DNA of 64,000 bases, taken from Hyphochytrium catenoides. Lineage: Eukaryota > Protista > Hyphochytriomycota. The stretch is taken from the NCBI GenBank assembly GCA_900088475.1, contig FLMG01004535.1, positions 1 to 64,000 of the forward strand, in the 5' to 3' direction. The number at the start of each line of letters is the position of its first letter. The first letter of the stretch is position 1. Made by a program: the position numbers and the translations under genes. Below are positions 1 to 13,200 of the stretch, piece by piece. Below the pieces are notes generated by a model, which ran no database searches, had not been told where the DNA came from, and saw only the letters and a list, made by a program, of their open reading frames with translations.

Positions 1-3000
1 GGGTTTTGAGTAGGTTTTCGCAATTTCTGAGTGGAGTTACCCGTTTACAGTGATGGCGATACCACTCAACAAGCAAGCTGAAGTGGTGGAGGAACCCAAG
101 ATAGTAGTAGCGGCCGCGCGCGAGGAACATAAGAACCTGATGCCAGGGGAAGAAGAAGAAGGATAGAAGAGCAAATTTTTGAAAATCTTGTGCAGTGCAA
201 ACTGCTCTGGAATAACAGTGGACCAGCAGCCAGAAGTTGATACTGTACCAGTGCCCATTGATGCCGTAATGCCTTAGTTGTCCTCGTGGTGGGGCCACTC
301 CTGGTGAACTACTCCATAGAAAGCTCTGTACTTCTTGTTCGTCAGCAGTCCCTACGACCTACGAGTATAAGACTCCGTCCTGCTGTCAGTAAGAGACAAG
401 AAGCGAGTAGTAAAGGCTATTGGTACTGTGACAAGTAGGGGCCTGTTGCCAATGAGTCTCTTCTTGTCCTCCTCTTATTATGGCACTGCGATTTATCGAT
501 CCGCAAACTTCCAAAAGCTATCATAACAACGTCGCTCCTAATCAATGCAACCCACAATTAGAAATGCCATGATCACTCAAGCCATTATTATTAGCGGGAC
601 GTCTTCTCGATCGGGTGCAATGCAAAAAAGTATTCGTCCTTATTTCGAAGTCCTACTACTACCGACTGAACAAAATAGATCATGCTCTGCTGGTAGTAGA
701 TATACAAGAGAACGAAGCGTGCGTGGTAGTAGAAAGATAACAACTACTGCCACCCTCCTCCTCCGTGGACATAGGAACTATCAAATGTACTTCTGTCGGT
801 CGGTCCTGAGGTCAAAAAGAAGAGTGATTATAATTGTACCTGGTGCTTTCTTCTTGTTGGCTCCTGCTTTCTAGTCTCTACTAGTAGAACTGCTAGTCTG
901 CTAATAAAGTTGGATACAGTCAAGTCGTCATGGCATGGCAAAGAAGATTTACACCCGCCGCTTCTGAGGAGGCTGTAGATACAGATCAGCAACATAATGC
1001 TTGACGACGTGTCAGGTAGCAAACCGCCGCCCACACCATCAAGAGCAGCGGCATTCTGTCCTTCTTCTCTCATTGTCACAAGGTGTGTGATGAATTATAG
1101 AGTTCAGGAACATGGCAGTCAAAAGAGGGCCATGTAAGGCCAAAAAGGCCAAGAGTATCTGGAGAAGTGAGACCAGGTGAGAAGAGCTTTTCTACCTTCT
1201 ACTATTAACAAGCAATCAAGGAATTGAGTGAGGTGGGATGATGATGCCCGTACAAGCAGCGGCCTTGAGCGTATTATGTCCGCTCCTCCTGTTCGGACTG
1301 ATGCGCACACCAGGTCCAACTTTTGTGCACACTCGCACATCACCTGGGCATTGGACCAAGCTGCTAGGGAGAGGAGGACAAAATCTTCATCATCATCGGT
1401 TCCTCGAGCCTAGGGAAGGGTGAGCCTCGCCGGAAAATGGGAAGCTCCCAGGAGCATGTGCATCAGTGACCACCCCACCACCAGAACAAGCCTTTCTGTC
1501 ATCACCATCACGGCAAAGCAGCAACATGAACCACATTATTATTGCTACTTTCTTACAGAACCCAACAAGCATTTTGATTAGTGGGTGTGATTCCTTGGCA
1601 CTCGAGCTGCTGTTCTCCGACAAAAAACGACAGACAGGGAGGAGGTTATTATTATGAGTCGGAACCATATTTTTGTGACGCAGCAGGTGCAGAAGCAACC
1701 AAGTTCTCTTTCATCTGCTTTTCTTGTTTTGCCGTGTTATCCTCCATGATAAATAAACACAGGCGGAATGATGACACCACTCTAAAACTCCTTGAAGGGT
1801 TTGGGGTTCTTATCTGTGGTTGCTTTTCCGTCTCTATTTATCAGGTACAAGTACAGTACAGGAGAAGCGGGGACGCAAACGGCTAGCTTGAAGAAGCATT
1901 GCCATCCGCCATTTTCCAATAGCATGCTCTTTCTACTGTACAGCCCCATCCCTGCTCACAGGATACAGGTCTAGGAGGAGTTCTACGCAAGAAAGACCTG
2001 TCAATCATCGTGAAGTAACAACAGTCAAAGCAGAAAGATACGGCAGGGTCAATCTTGGGAAACCGAACGTAGAGATCCTCACTACAGCACCAGAAGAGTA
2101 ATAAAATGGTAAAAACTACGAAAGCACAGAAGTACAAAGAAACAGAGACAGTGATGAGGCTAGAGAGAGACTGGATCAGACAGAATACCAAGATATACCT
2201 CAAAGCCCCTCTCTCAATACTTTTCACGACGAAAAAGATCGTGAGAAGATACGGGTCTATCTCAGTCAGGCACTAGAAGGACCCAAACAGCAAAGTACTG
2301 TGTTTGACATTCGATGCCTAAGTTTCCTTGTTTGTCGCCTATGCTTTCACTCCTAAGAGTGATAGACAGAGAGAGAGCACGTTGGTTGTGAGGTCGATCG
2401 ACTGTCTTCGTGACGCTGTGTCCGCCACCTTGACCGAAGATAGATTTCTCACAGGAAGGATCCCTGAAATGTTCGTTAGAACTGACGGGGTAGAATAACC
2501 ACAGCTTCCAAACTTTCCACATTTTTTGTTTTCTACGGCGCGAAACAAACCATCGAAGATAAAAAATAAAGTCCCCAGCCCCTAAATGCCCATCAACCCA
2601 TCCACCCCAAATTTCCGGTGAGTACCTTCTACCCCATGGCTGCAGAGATACCATCCATGATAGACATCAGTCTTAGACGAAGAGAGCAGTAGCCCCACAA
2701 CCCCTGTTGCGGTCCTCCCTAAGAAATGCTCAACCATATAGAGCGGACGTTCTTCAGTCTTAATATTCGTGGGAACTGCAGATCGCTTTGAAAGCCATGT
2801 GTCTGGTAAGACATCGAATGAGAGGAGTTGATAGATTTAACTTGGGTTAGACAGAGTAGTGGTTATACACACCGTAGATCGAACGAGAACGACCCATATC
2901 GAACGACATCGAGTGAGGAAGAGATATTTGTGAAGGGTGGCCATCGGTCGATAAGATGAGAGAAAAATGAGAGAAAAAGCCAAGGAGAAAAAGACAGGAA

Positions 3001-3508
3001 AACATGGCTTTTGCAAAAGGCGGGAACGTGGAGGGCAAGAGAGAGAGAGAGGGGAGGAAGCCATACATAATGACAGCGCGATGGGGGCGGCAGCTGCATT
3101 CTGAGGTTAGAGGTGCAGCCAAAGAGCTCGAGCAATAAGAGGTCAAGATTGAAGCTTTGTTATCTGAAGACAAGTGCTTGATCATCAGTTTCTCATTGCC
3201 GAGAAAGAGAGAGAGACAGATCTACGAGCAGACGGGCACCGCCTGCCAAACGTTTTGGGGAGAGAGAGAGAGAAAGAGAGAGAGAGAGAAGAAGAGCCAG
3301 GGGCATTCAAAGTTTGGAACCATCGTCTGTTGGGATAAGCATAGGGCCGGCACAGCTGAGAGATCACTGGCGGGAGAGAAAGGTGCAACCTCAAAGGTTC
3401 GGGTCTGAAACTCTCTGTTGCGCTGGCCATTGCCATTTGCGCCTGCTCCGTCTTGATGCAATCCATAGAGCTTTGATTAGATCCAGACTTTACCCCCGGC
3501 GGATCGTG

Positions 3509-4336
3509 ATGTTCAAGCAGGAAGCAGAGTATGAAATTGCAGTTAGGGTGCTAAGTGCCCGTAATCTTCGTATTCTACAAGGAAGCTCTGGGGATTATAG
3601 TCCGTATGTGAAGCTGACAATCGGCCCCAATAGCGAAACCTATTGCACTCGAGTTGATGAGCATGGCGGCCGAAATCCATGCTGGAATGAGAAGTTCATA
3701 GCTCCAGTCGTCAACCCCAATGATGTCATACAGGTGCAGATAGTTGATCAGTCCCGCAGTAACAGCAATAACAGTGAAGACAATGAAAGCGCGACCCTTC
3801 TCATCGGAGAAAGCGTTGTCCCAATGCGACAATTTTGCTGCGGTCAGCTAGTGACTGGGTGGTATCCTTTGTCCAGCAAGACTGGAGCTTGCGGAGAGAT
3901 TAACCTTAGGATCCAGATGGCGCCATGCAACAAGAAGAATGACTCCAGCATGGGGTTAGGTTCTCCTGAGGTTGAGTCTTTGCCTACATCCGCTGTATCG
4001 CCGGTGCATAGAGTCTCTTCAGCGCTGGCGCCAGAGCTCCCGACAATATCACCCAGCCCATTTATCTCTGCTCTCGCTAAAGCAGGCGAATCTGCAGCAG
4101 CTAGGGAGCTTTCGCTCTCTTCTCCGGTTATTGAAATGTCACCTGCACCACTAGAATATCATACTGGCCAGCGGCGGCGCTCTGCAAACGGTGACGCCGA
4201 CGAGGAAAACGAAGTAAGGGAATCAATCTTGCGGTCAAAACGACCTTGTACCAGTATGCAGACGTTGCACCTTCATGCACCAATGGCGTCAGGAGGGGAC
4301 GGTTCTCTTATGCAAGAGAACAAGTTTCTTCTCTAA
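3509..4336 (+). CDS. C2 domain-containing protein (SRC2-like, single exon)
   Basis: From ATG 3509: MFKQEAEYEIAVRVLSARNL...YSPYVKLTIG...YCTRVDEHGGRNPCWNEKF...IQVQIVD...LIGESVVPM...GWYPL...GEINLRIQM is a complete C2 domain. A Ser/Pro-rich disordered tail follows. Confidence 0.85.
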   Translation: MFKQEAEYEIAVRVLSARNLRILQGSSGDYSPYVKLTIGPNSETYCTRVDEHGGRNPCWNEKFIAPVVNPNDVIQVQIVDQSRSNSNNSEDNESATLLIGESVVPMRQFCCGQLVTGWYPLSSKTGACGEINLRIQMAPCNKKNDSSMGLGSPEVESLPTSAVSPVHRVSSALAPELPTISPSPFISALAKAGESAAARELSLSSPVIEMSPAPLEYHTGQRRRSANGDADEENEVRESILRSKRPCTSMQTLHLHAPMASGGDGSLMQENKFLL

Positions 4337-5582
4337 GTACCGCGGCGTCGGTGCCCGTGAGAAAGGAGATCCCAAGGCTCCTCACAGTCACAAAGCAGGA
4401 GACGTCTTTAACTTATTTATGGAGCCTTCGCCCCTTCCGTCCGTGCCAATGCTAGGACTAAAGACGTGAAGGTCTTGCCTCTTTCTCGTTCTTTAATATC
4501 TCTATGTATTTGCTGCATCGACAGCCTCCTCCTACCATACAAGCATCTCTCTGTCTTGGATGGGGGACCGACCGGAAGCTCTCCATCAACTCTCTGGATA
4601 CATTCATGGAGCAATCATTTACTATTGCATCGCTGGAGAAGGCTAACAAAAAGAAACAGAAAAAGCTATAGCATAGGGTAGGTACCGTCATAGGAGACAA
4701 TAGAGACACGACCACATTCGTATTAGTCGTAGGTGTATAGGGAGGGACTCTGGTCAGCTCGGAAAGGTTAGGATAGGTTAGCGTAAGGTAGCGCAGCTTG
4801 CAGCAGGTTATTTAGCACTTGGTATTATAGCAAGAGGACAGATGTCCGCACTCATAACAGTCTAAACAGAGCAAAAAAAAGTAGGAGTAAGAAAGATCAG
4901 TCTTCGGTGTTTTTTCTGCGCTCAGAGGTGCTACCACTCGCGAACCAAAGGGAAAAGCTCTGTACCAAGGAAAAGCAATGCTAGGAGAGGTCCTTGGTGA
5001 GCGAGCTGCTTGGAATTTCTATCCCTTTCTAGGGCTAAACCTTCTGATGTTGCCACAAAGATATATCAACAACGAGAACACAAGCTAAAGATCTGGACAG
5101 CGCGCATCAAGGAGAAGGTGCGGATGACCTAGCACCTGCCAAGAAAGAGTAAGTGGGTGCAGCGCAAGAACCAAGCGGTTCTATACAGGGCTGCAGCCCC
5201 ACCTTGAGCACTGTTGCCCCTGCTGCGGGCCTTTCAATGTCAGCTATCAGGACGTATGCTCAGATGAAGCATGATACCTGGCCATTACTCTCATAAATAG
5301 CATTAGAGGGCATTGCAGAGTGTCTCTCAACTACCCTGAAGCGCTGCCAAACGAGTGGCCTATGGTCTTGACGAAAAGCATCGTCTATTCCACCTTAGCA
5401 AGGCTCTGTACAAGGGAGATCCTCCTCCACCTTACGTCCACACCAACAGCAAACTTTAGACCATAAGTTCACCTTCGGTACTAGGTGGAGTCGCTGTACA
5501 CTTAAATAAGCAATGGGAAGCTGGCAGAGGCCATGCCCTAAACAGATTGGAGTCCGTCGCTTCTCTCTAAAGCGCGGAACTT

Positions 5583-6111
5583 TTACTCCTTCTTTGCACC
5601 TTGGGCCCCCGCTTTTTCGGCCTCTTCCTTCTCCTTTAGCTGTCTAGCAAGCTCTAGAGCTTCTTGTGCCCGATAAATCTTGGACTGAAGATAGAATGAG
5701 CCTCCTTTAGCCGGATCATTCGCCTTAAAATAGCGCTCGTATCGCTGTAGTCAGCGCACAATATCAGTCACTTAGGTCTGCGCCACATATATCTTCCCTT
5801 TCACCGGCAACATACCTCTTTGACATTATTCGACGGAGGTAGTCGCTCCATAGAGCCTTCCAAGTTCAAAATCTGCAAGGCCTCCTCCACTTGCATTTTT
5901 CCTCTTCGAGCAACAGCTTGACTGGCCGCCGCTGTCCTTCCTGACTTTGCATCTGTGCCAACCAGTGAGTACATGCAGGCTGTCAAGAACCGAGGACTGG
6001 ATATCACTTACTAACGATCGCCTGTTGGTATGCCTGGACAAAGGCCTTTGAAGCAACCCCAAAACCGGCTACGACAATCTGTGCTATAAGCCTCCCGAGT
6101 GGCCCCGACAT
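5583..6111 (-). CDS. PAM16: Mitochondrial import motor subunit Pam16/Tim16 (J-like protein)
   Basis: Three exons (6111-6012, 5952-5816, 5744-5583) with GT-AG introns give MSGPLGRLIAQIVVAGFGVASKAFVQAYQQAIVNAKSG...MQVEEALQILNL...RYERYFKANDPAKGGSFYLQSKIYRAQEAL. The GGSFYLQSK motif is diagnostic. Confidence 0.95.
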
Positions 6112-7231
6112 TGTGCCTGAGATAGAGAATGATGTACTTCAAGATTTGGGTCTCTTCTTGCCCAGAGCTCTTCGGAAGCCCCAGATCAGTCTCGGATGTA
6201 ACAAGGCTAGCAATACTCTCAGAGCCTCAGGATGCGAAGGACAAGTGGTGCTGCAGCTCCCTGTCTATCTTGAACCAACACCCTACAAAGCTTCCGCCGT
6301 TCACCTGATGCGCTGGACTGACGAGCTCCTCAAGCTTTAGCTGTTCAGTCAGTCTCTTTCCCAGGTCATCCACCACACAGTGCGACATCCTTCGAGCTTC
6401 TCAATGCCTTCCAGGCACAGGCCACGCCCAACCACAATCACCCCAGTTTATGATGAATATTACTCATATACCATAACGTTTACCTCAATTTGGATAGCCG
6501 TTATTCCGGATCTGGAGGTATGTGATGAGAACGGTCGTGGTCGGAGGTGAAGCAGCAGCAGCATCACCACCGAGCAGAAACTTCGTGAAGCTTCAGCTTG
6601 TCTCCAAAGAGTTTCTTGCTGGCTTGCCATTGAGGCCTTGATTGTCCTTGATGTGACGCATAACCAAGTTCTTGACAGAGTGTCAACACTCTTATTGTTA
6701 GCACCAAGTGGCACGCCACGGCTTCGTTGTGAGTTTTAGGAGTGCCGCCACTGCTGTTGCTCTTGTTGGCAGAATAGGCATCTGATGAAGTGGATGAAGC
6801 TCTGGTGACTGTTAGGAGCTACAACCCTTGCTGGCTTTCTGATCCGCACCAGCTTCAACTGCATTTATACGGGCGGAAGGGCTATGACGGGAAAAGGAGG
6901 CTTAAGCGCGCGAAATATGCATAACTATTTTCTACTTCCCTTTATAAGATGCACGCGGCGCGGCCGAGATGAAGTAGGGTGACGATAGAACGGAGTAGAG
7001 AAGGGATAGTCTATCTTGTACCGAATGAAATAAATTTTATCCTCATTAGGGTGTCCCCACCATAGATGTGGCAGACTGGGAGCTGAGAATGCGCTCCAAT
7101 TAGCCAAAATAGCCAATAACAATGCACACACTGGAGGCTTAGAAGAGTGAGGACGGGCATGCCAAACAGAACCAAACCGAGCTTGCCTTGTTGGACGGGG
7201 TCGCGAGCATAGCAACCAGAGCTCATGCTGG

Positions 7232-10200
7232 TTAGGGAGCACGGGAACATACTGCTCGGATGGAAGAGACAACTTGAACAAAAAGAACGAGAAGGAGGAC
7301 GACCAGAGCTGCTGCTGCTGCGATTGAATAGACCAGACGATCTTCCTGTGCGGTGCTCCCATACCATTCCTGCTTGTTAACATAAAAATTATTGAGAAAG
7401 GGCAGAACTGAGAGAGACAGAGTGATGGGTAAAGTACAGAAGGAAGCCGGTCAAAGGGCGTGAACGAGAGATATGTTTGAAGAGCGTAGGTATCGGGGCC
7501 CGAGAGTCACTCACCTCGACAAACTTCCTGATCTCTGCAGCAAACACGGCGCCTGCGGACACTGCGGACAACACGGCCAGCCCGAAAAGAGCGAGGAAAA
7601 GTCGAGGTCCAAGAAGGAAGTCCAGGACGTAGAAAATGTTCCAAAGATTACTCTGCAAACAAGAGGGGCATGAGTTGTCGTCTCACTAGCGTCTGGTAAG
7701 TCTTGATTGGGCACTCTCACACTCCGCGCCCTAGCTGTGGTCTTACTCTATCTTTCTCTGCCTCTTGCCGTACACAGTCATCTCACTTCAGTCACTTTAA
7801 CTGAGCAATATCGGCCAACTCCGCAGTCTCCGTCACCCTTGTTATGCCCCATTGTTCTCACCTTCTTCACTCTGGCCTCGGGTGGTGGGAGTTGAGGATT
7901 GCTATTTGGGTATCCTCGGCCCCAGCCACAGGGCTTAGATTTTGCGATAGCTTGAGGAAGGAGCTCGATGGAAACCAGGACTTCGCCAGCCTTCTCCTGG
8001 AGATGGTAGCAAGTGAAGAGAAGTGGTGGTGAGACGGGTTGGAGAGAGGGTTGGGAGGGAGAGGTTCATGAGGAGGATTGGTAAGTGATTGAGGACAAAT
8101 AACTATATGGACCAGGGCAGTTCCCGTCACACAGATAAAGCTGGCGACGAGACAAGAGATGGCTTCCCGCAAGACGAACTTGTTTACGCAAAAAAGCATC
8201 AGAAGGATCAATGGCTTCCTACCCTCTTCGCTCGCGTTTTGTCCTTTCCCTTGCCGTACTTCCATAAAGGAAGCCACACCGAGTCTTCACGCGACTTGTC
8301 GTCAATATTTAGGGCCAGCACGTCCTGCAGGGCCTTTATACGCCGTGCAGGAGGACCAACCAGGGTGCTCTATGAGTAAGAAAGAAGTAAGAAAGAAAGT
8401 AAAGATCACATGCCGAGTATGGGGGGCAGACCACATCAGAGGAATGAATAAAGTAATGCAGACAATCAATAACGACTTGACAACTAGATCTCCGCTGGAC
8501 GATAGCGTGCGACCAGAATCAGCGCCATACCGACTTAGTCATCAAGGAGGTCGTCTCGCTCGCCTCTTCCTCTCGCTCTCTGCCCTCTCTAGGTCGAGGA
8601 GGCTCCAAGCCGTAGCGAGAGAAGCTTCCGTAGTTACTTAGAGGCTCGGAGACGTCACTAGGAGTCCCCTCACCGGGGTTGGTTTCTGAGATCTGCTCCA
8701 GCACCTGCACGGTGTTCTTGGTCCGGAAAACCTTACTTAGGTATGGAGTGAGGTCTAGCCATGTGTCGCCTAGACAAGTGTCATAAAAAAGGTTGCGATC
8801 CCATGCCTACAAAAGCGATGGCAACCACAAGGGGAGCCAACACCGGGTGAGATGTCGATGGACGGGATAGAGCCAAGAGAAAGAATGAGAGAACCGTTAT
8901 GGCAGTAAGGACTACCTGAAGGTATAGATAGTGGTCTCCGTCGATGGTAGAATGAAGTGGAAGAGAAAGAGGAAACTTCATTCTCCAGTTGTAGCTTCCA
9001 ACTCCCTCTCTGCATCGCCAGTGGGTATCTGAGCATTGCGGCAGTTGGCGTCCCATCCTGCCAATGAGAAGCACGATTAGATTCTCTTTCTGTCAGTCTC
9101 TCGCGCAGGGGCAGAGACTTCGTTTGAGAGTAGCAGCAAGTCTGCTTACCAAGCCTTGATGTACAAATCCGAAAGCCTAGTAAGAGTGTCACAGGGAACA
9201 ACCTTTCTCGTCTTCCAGACTACCATCCGTAACTCAAAGGCCTAAGCGCAAGGAATTAGAGACATGAGTAGGCCTCCTCTGAAGCCGCTTTCAAGGAGTC
9301 CCAAGAAAAATTAGAAAAAGGAAAGAGACACAGCGAACGCAGACAGGATGTCTCCACTGCGGAGTGACTGGGTGAGTGTTGGATGTTGACGGCATAAAGA
9401 TGACAAAGTCACCGCAGGGACAGGTGGAGGTCAACAGTTTACAGCGATGGGAAGGAACCCCGGCCAAGCTATTGAGGAAGGTGACAATTCCTTTTGGGTA
9501 AATGAGGAGAGAAGGGAGGATTCTCGAGAGTCAGCACGACGTACTTGAGCCTTTCCAGGCCCAATGTTGCAGGCCTCATACTTCGCCACTTCGTGGGGAG
9601 TCAAAATGTCCACCCAGAGGGACAACGAACCCCGCGGGGCCTGCGAGTGAGGACTCCAGAGGGAGCGCTAAGTCGTTGGATTAGGGACGTTTACAAGTTC
9701 TAAGCAGGCGGTTAGACCAATACTCAGAGTGTTGCAGTAGAGGACAGGAGGTGAGTCCACCGCCAACGAGGAGAAATATGAGGGAGAGACAGTAAGGGAA
9801 ACATCTGCGGAGAGAAGCTAAAACCTGTTCCACGGGCTTTGGAGGGTATCTCCTTAGTGAAGCTGCCTCCTGGCCCAACGCGTGCCAGCGGTGATCGAGC
9901 CAACGCTCCTCGAGGTCGATCGAGGTCTCTCCAATCAGCTCCTCACATAAGCCGTCTCTATCCCATACCTGAGATAGTAAGTCTTTAGGTACTAGAAGCA
10001 TCACTGACGGACCCCGTCCGGTGTTAACTCTTGACCCTTCCCTTTCAACTCAAGAGCTACCTCCACTCTCCTTTCAGTCAACAGCCAATAAGAGTCTTCC
10101 TATCACAAAAGCCACTTTTCTCCTACTGGTCGTGCAAGCATATAGTGACTTCTACTGCCACGTCCTCTTCTATGAGGCATTTCACATTTCAGTCTTACCT

Positions 10201-13200
10201 GTATCCTAATAAGGCCTTCTCCCGGCAGTACAACAGAGAGCTCAAAAAGACTATAGAAGCCAGGTTCTGTCGTATCCTTAAGAACAGCCTCGCGTTTATC
10301 TACAATCGTCTCCCCAAGGCAGATCCTGATGTACGGATTGCAGGCCTTCTTCCCGGGTCGTGATGGTGAGCAAGTGCCTTGGAGAATGTACAAGCGGACC
10401 TGACGCGATACAAAGCTTATCGTCAGGACAAAGGATGACAAGTCTAAGACATCCCACTTTCGGGTCGGACAGATGGGAACCCGAGAGCCCTCTTGAGAGA
10501 GAGAGTCAAGCTGAGAGGGGTTTGCATTTTCCGCCCTTCGAAAAAGTATGGATAAGTACGATCTTGAGATAAGCGGGGGAAAGATAGAGAAGGATCCTAC
10601 AGAAGCTCCGACCCAAACGAAATTCACCAAGCTGAGAGCAAAGGAGAAAGCTACAGAGGCAAGAAGAGTGGAGTTGGTATCTGGCTTACCTGGCAGGGTT
10701 GGGGTACAAGCGTGTATTGAAGATTACTTAACGTGCCATCCTCGACATCCTCAGTGATCCGAATCATTGACTTCAGCAGACCCACCTGCCGCCTAGCATT
10801 ATAAGGGTAAGTACTGGGCACAATTGAGCAGAGTGGAGAAGAACTGTAGACTTGCTCTGAGCTAGGGCTGTCCTCGTCGGAAGGAGGACAAGAATTAAAT
10901 GATAACCTGATGGCCTAGGATCTTTCTTCTTACCTGACAAGAGATGTGTCGCTCCGTCCACCTACAGGAGAAGGAGGAGATAACGCACGCAAATAGATAT
11001 GAGAAACGGGGAGGGCCATGCTTCAAGAGATGACAAGGGGCTTTCAAGGGCCTCGCTATAATAAGGCTCAGTAGGGTAAGAAGCGAGCTGCAAGCGCTCT
11101 CTCTTTTGTCTACTTTTGTCTAACATTTGAAGTCATTTCCTTGAGATCATACCTGCTCTTTGGTACCCATCTACTATCGGGACGGACGTGAAGAGGGCTT
11201 CTTCTGGAGGTAGGATCTCTTCAAGTGGACAATGGAGTAGCTGTCTACCTAGCATATAGCTAGGTGCCTCATCATCTTCTCCTTCTCCACCCTCCAGCTG
11301 CTGATAGTACTCGCTAAACCTCGACTTCACTTTAAGAGCATCTAGGGAAAAGCTTCCATTAATATGCCCATTTTTCTCTTCAAAACTGAGCTCTGTGTCG
11401 CTTCTCTCCCTCTGACCCTGACCAGCGAAAGTTGGGGTGTTCAGAAGCTGGAGCAGAGAATTCTCGGAGAGCCGGAAGAGAGGAACGGATGCAACACCTG
11501 CAGGTTGTGGTTAAGAGTTGCGGCAGGTTGCACAGTGCTTGGTAAGTGTACTATCCGCAGGTGCCAGGTGCTATCTCTACTAGTGGGAAAATACACAGCT
11601 TGACTGTTAGCCGCAAGTTATCAACACTGCAACATCTCTCAGTGCCTCGAATGTGTTTCTCTTTGGAACTCTCTCTCTCTCTCTGCTTGCCGCCTCCGAG
11701 AAGCCCTATGCTTTTACTTGTGCAGGAGCGGCAGAACATAGAAGTTGACAGGAAGACCGCGCGTACCTATACATTTGCCTGGAGACGAGAGAGAGAAGAA
11801 GCTCCTCTCAAGCACTCGGACACTTAGTGGCTGCATAAAGGTTGGCTCCTCTGGCACTTCGACAGGAATCAGCACTCTCTCAATATAATTGAAACTTCTC
11901 TTCCTTCCGCCATCAGAGGAAAAGGAGAATGTAGACAGAAAGCTGGAGGACTCTGCATTTCCAGCGACCGCATGACCCGGCTGAGAGTTGTAGATATTGT
12001 CCACCTTAAACTCTATAAGAGGACGAGAGGCGCCGGAAGAGGAGGAAGAGGATAGCGCTCTTCTCTTACTAATTCGTCGTAAACCCAAAACAATGACCTC
12101 AATATACTTCTTGGACGCTTTTGGTACAATAGAAAGAGGGACCGAAGTGGTCAAATCTTGTTCTCCTTCCTCTTCACAGTCCCTTGGCATCAGGGTGGAG
12201 CTCACTAGAATCTGTGCATCATAGTCCTCCACTAGATATTCCATGGGTTCTAGACTGTGCCACGTGGGGGTGGGGATCTGGGGATTGTAAGATGAATCGT
12301 TAAGGATAGCGTATCAAAAAAAGTAAGGAACGAGAACAAGACCGTAAGAAGGAGCTCTTAAATAGCAAGGAGTAGATAGAATGCATGGACACGATGCAAA
12401 GAAACACAACGACAGGTCGGCGGACGAGGTGCGATCAAAAGTAACAGAGGACGGGGATAGCTTAAAAGATAGAAGCAACACTTGTAAACGCAAAGAGGGT
12501 AACTTTACTTGCTTCCCTGCTTACATTGAGAGGATCCTTCCTGTTCCTTATGAAGCTTTGATTAATAGGCAGCCGCACAGTCCCAAGAAGACGGTTCTTG
12601 CCCCAGCCCTGTTCGTCATAGACCTGTCGGGAAACAACGCCGAGATTGAGGAGCTTGTTTTCGACCGCTGTCCAGGTCTTCCAGTGTCCCTCAGTGAGAA
12701 ATACCGTTTACCACATGAACTATTACTTTTACCCCTAAGGTTAGCTTTTGATCCTGGTCTCCTCTCCTGTCGTTGTCTCTGTTTGAACCTTATGGGCCTC
12801 ACCTGCAGCACAATCATGGGCATGAACTCGGTGTCTGGCAGAGTTACATCCATCGTTATCGTCTCATAAACAAGAGGATGGCAGGAAGGAGGTCTCCCAC
12901 TTCTCACTTTCAACGTCTCTTCACCACACATCACGGTTATGCGAGAAGAAGGAGGTGAGCCGTCTTCTCTAAGAGGAAGGCCTCGTAGCTGAAAGATGTG
13001 GACCTGAAGCTATAATGGGTGGAGGGTCGGTAGAGTTATGTAGAGCGAGAATCATTTGACTTGAGTAGAACATCCAGACGGGGATCAAGAAGAGGAGAGT
13101 GTCGAAAACAAAGACGAAGGAGGAAGAAGAAGGTTCTAGATTACAAGCGCCCTGCCACCTAGACAGCAGAAGACCTAGAAGTGGACTAAAGGTGGATCAT

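Noticed and set aside
3314-3508. N-terminal extension of the C2 protein in the ORF track
   Set aside because: It begins at a TTG. The first ATG is at 3509, directly before the C2 domain.
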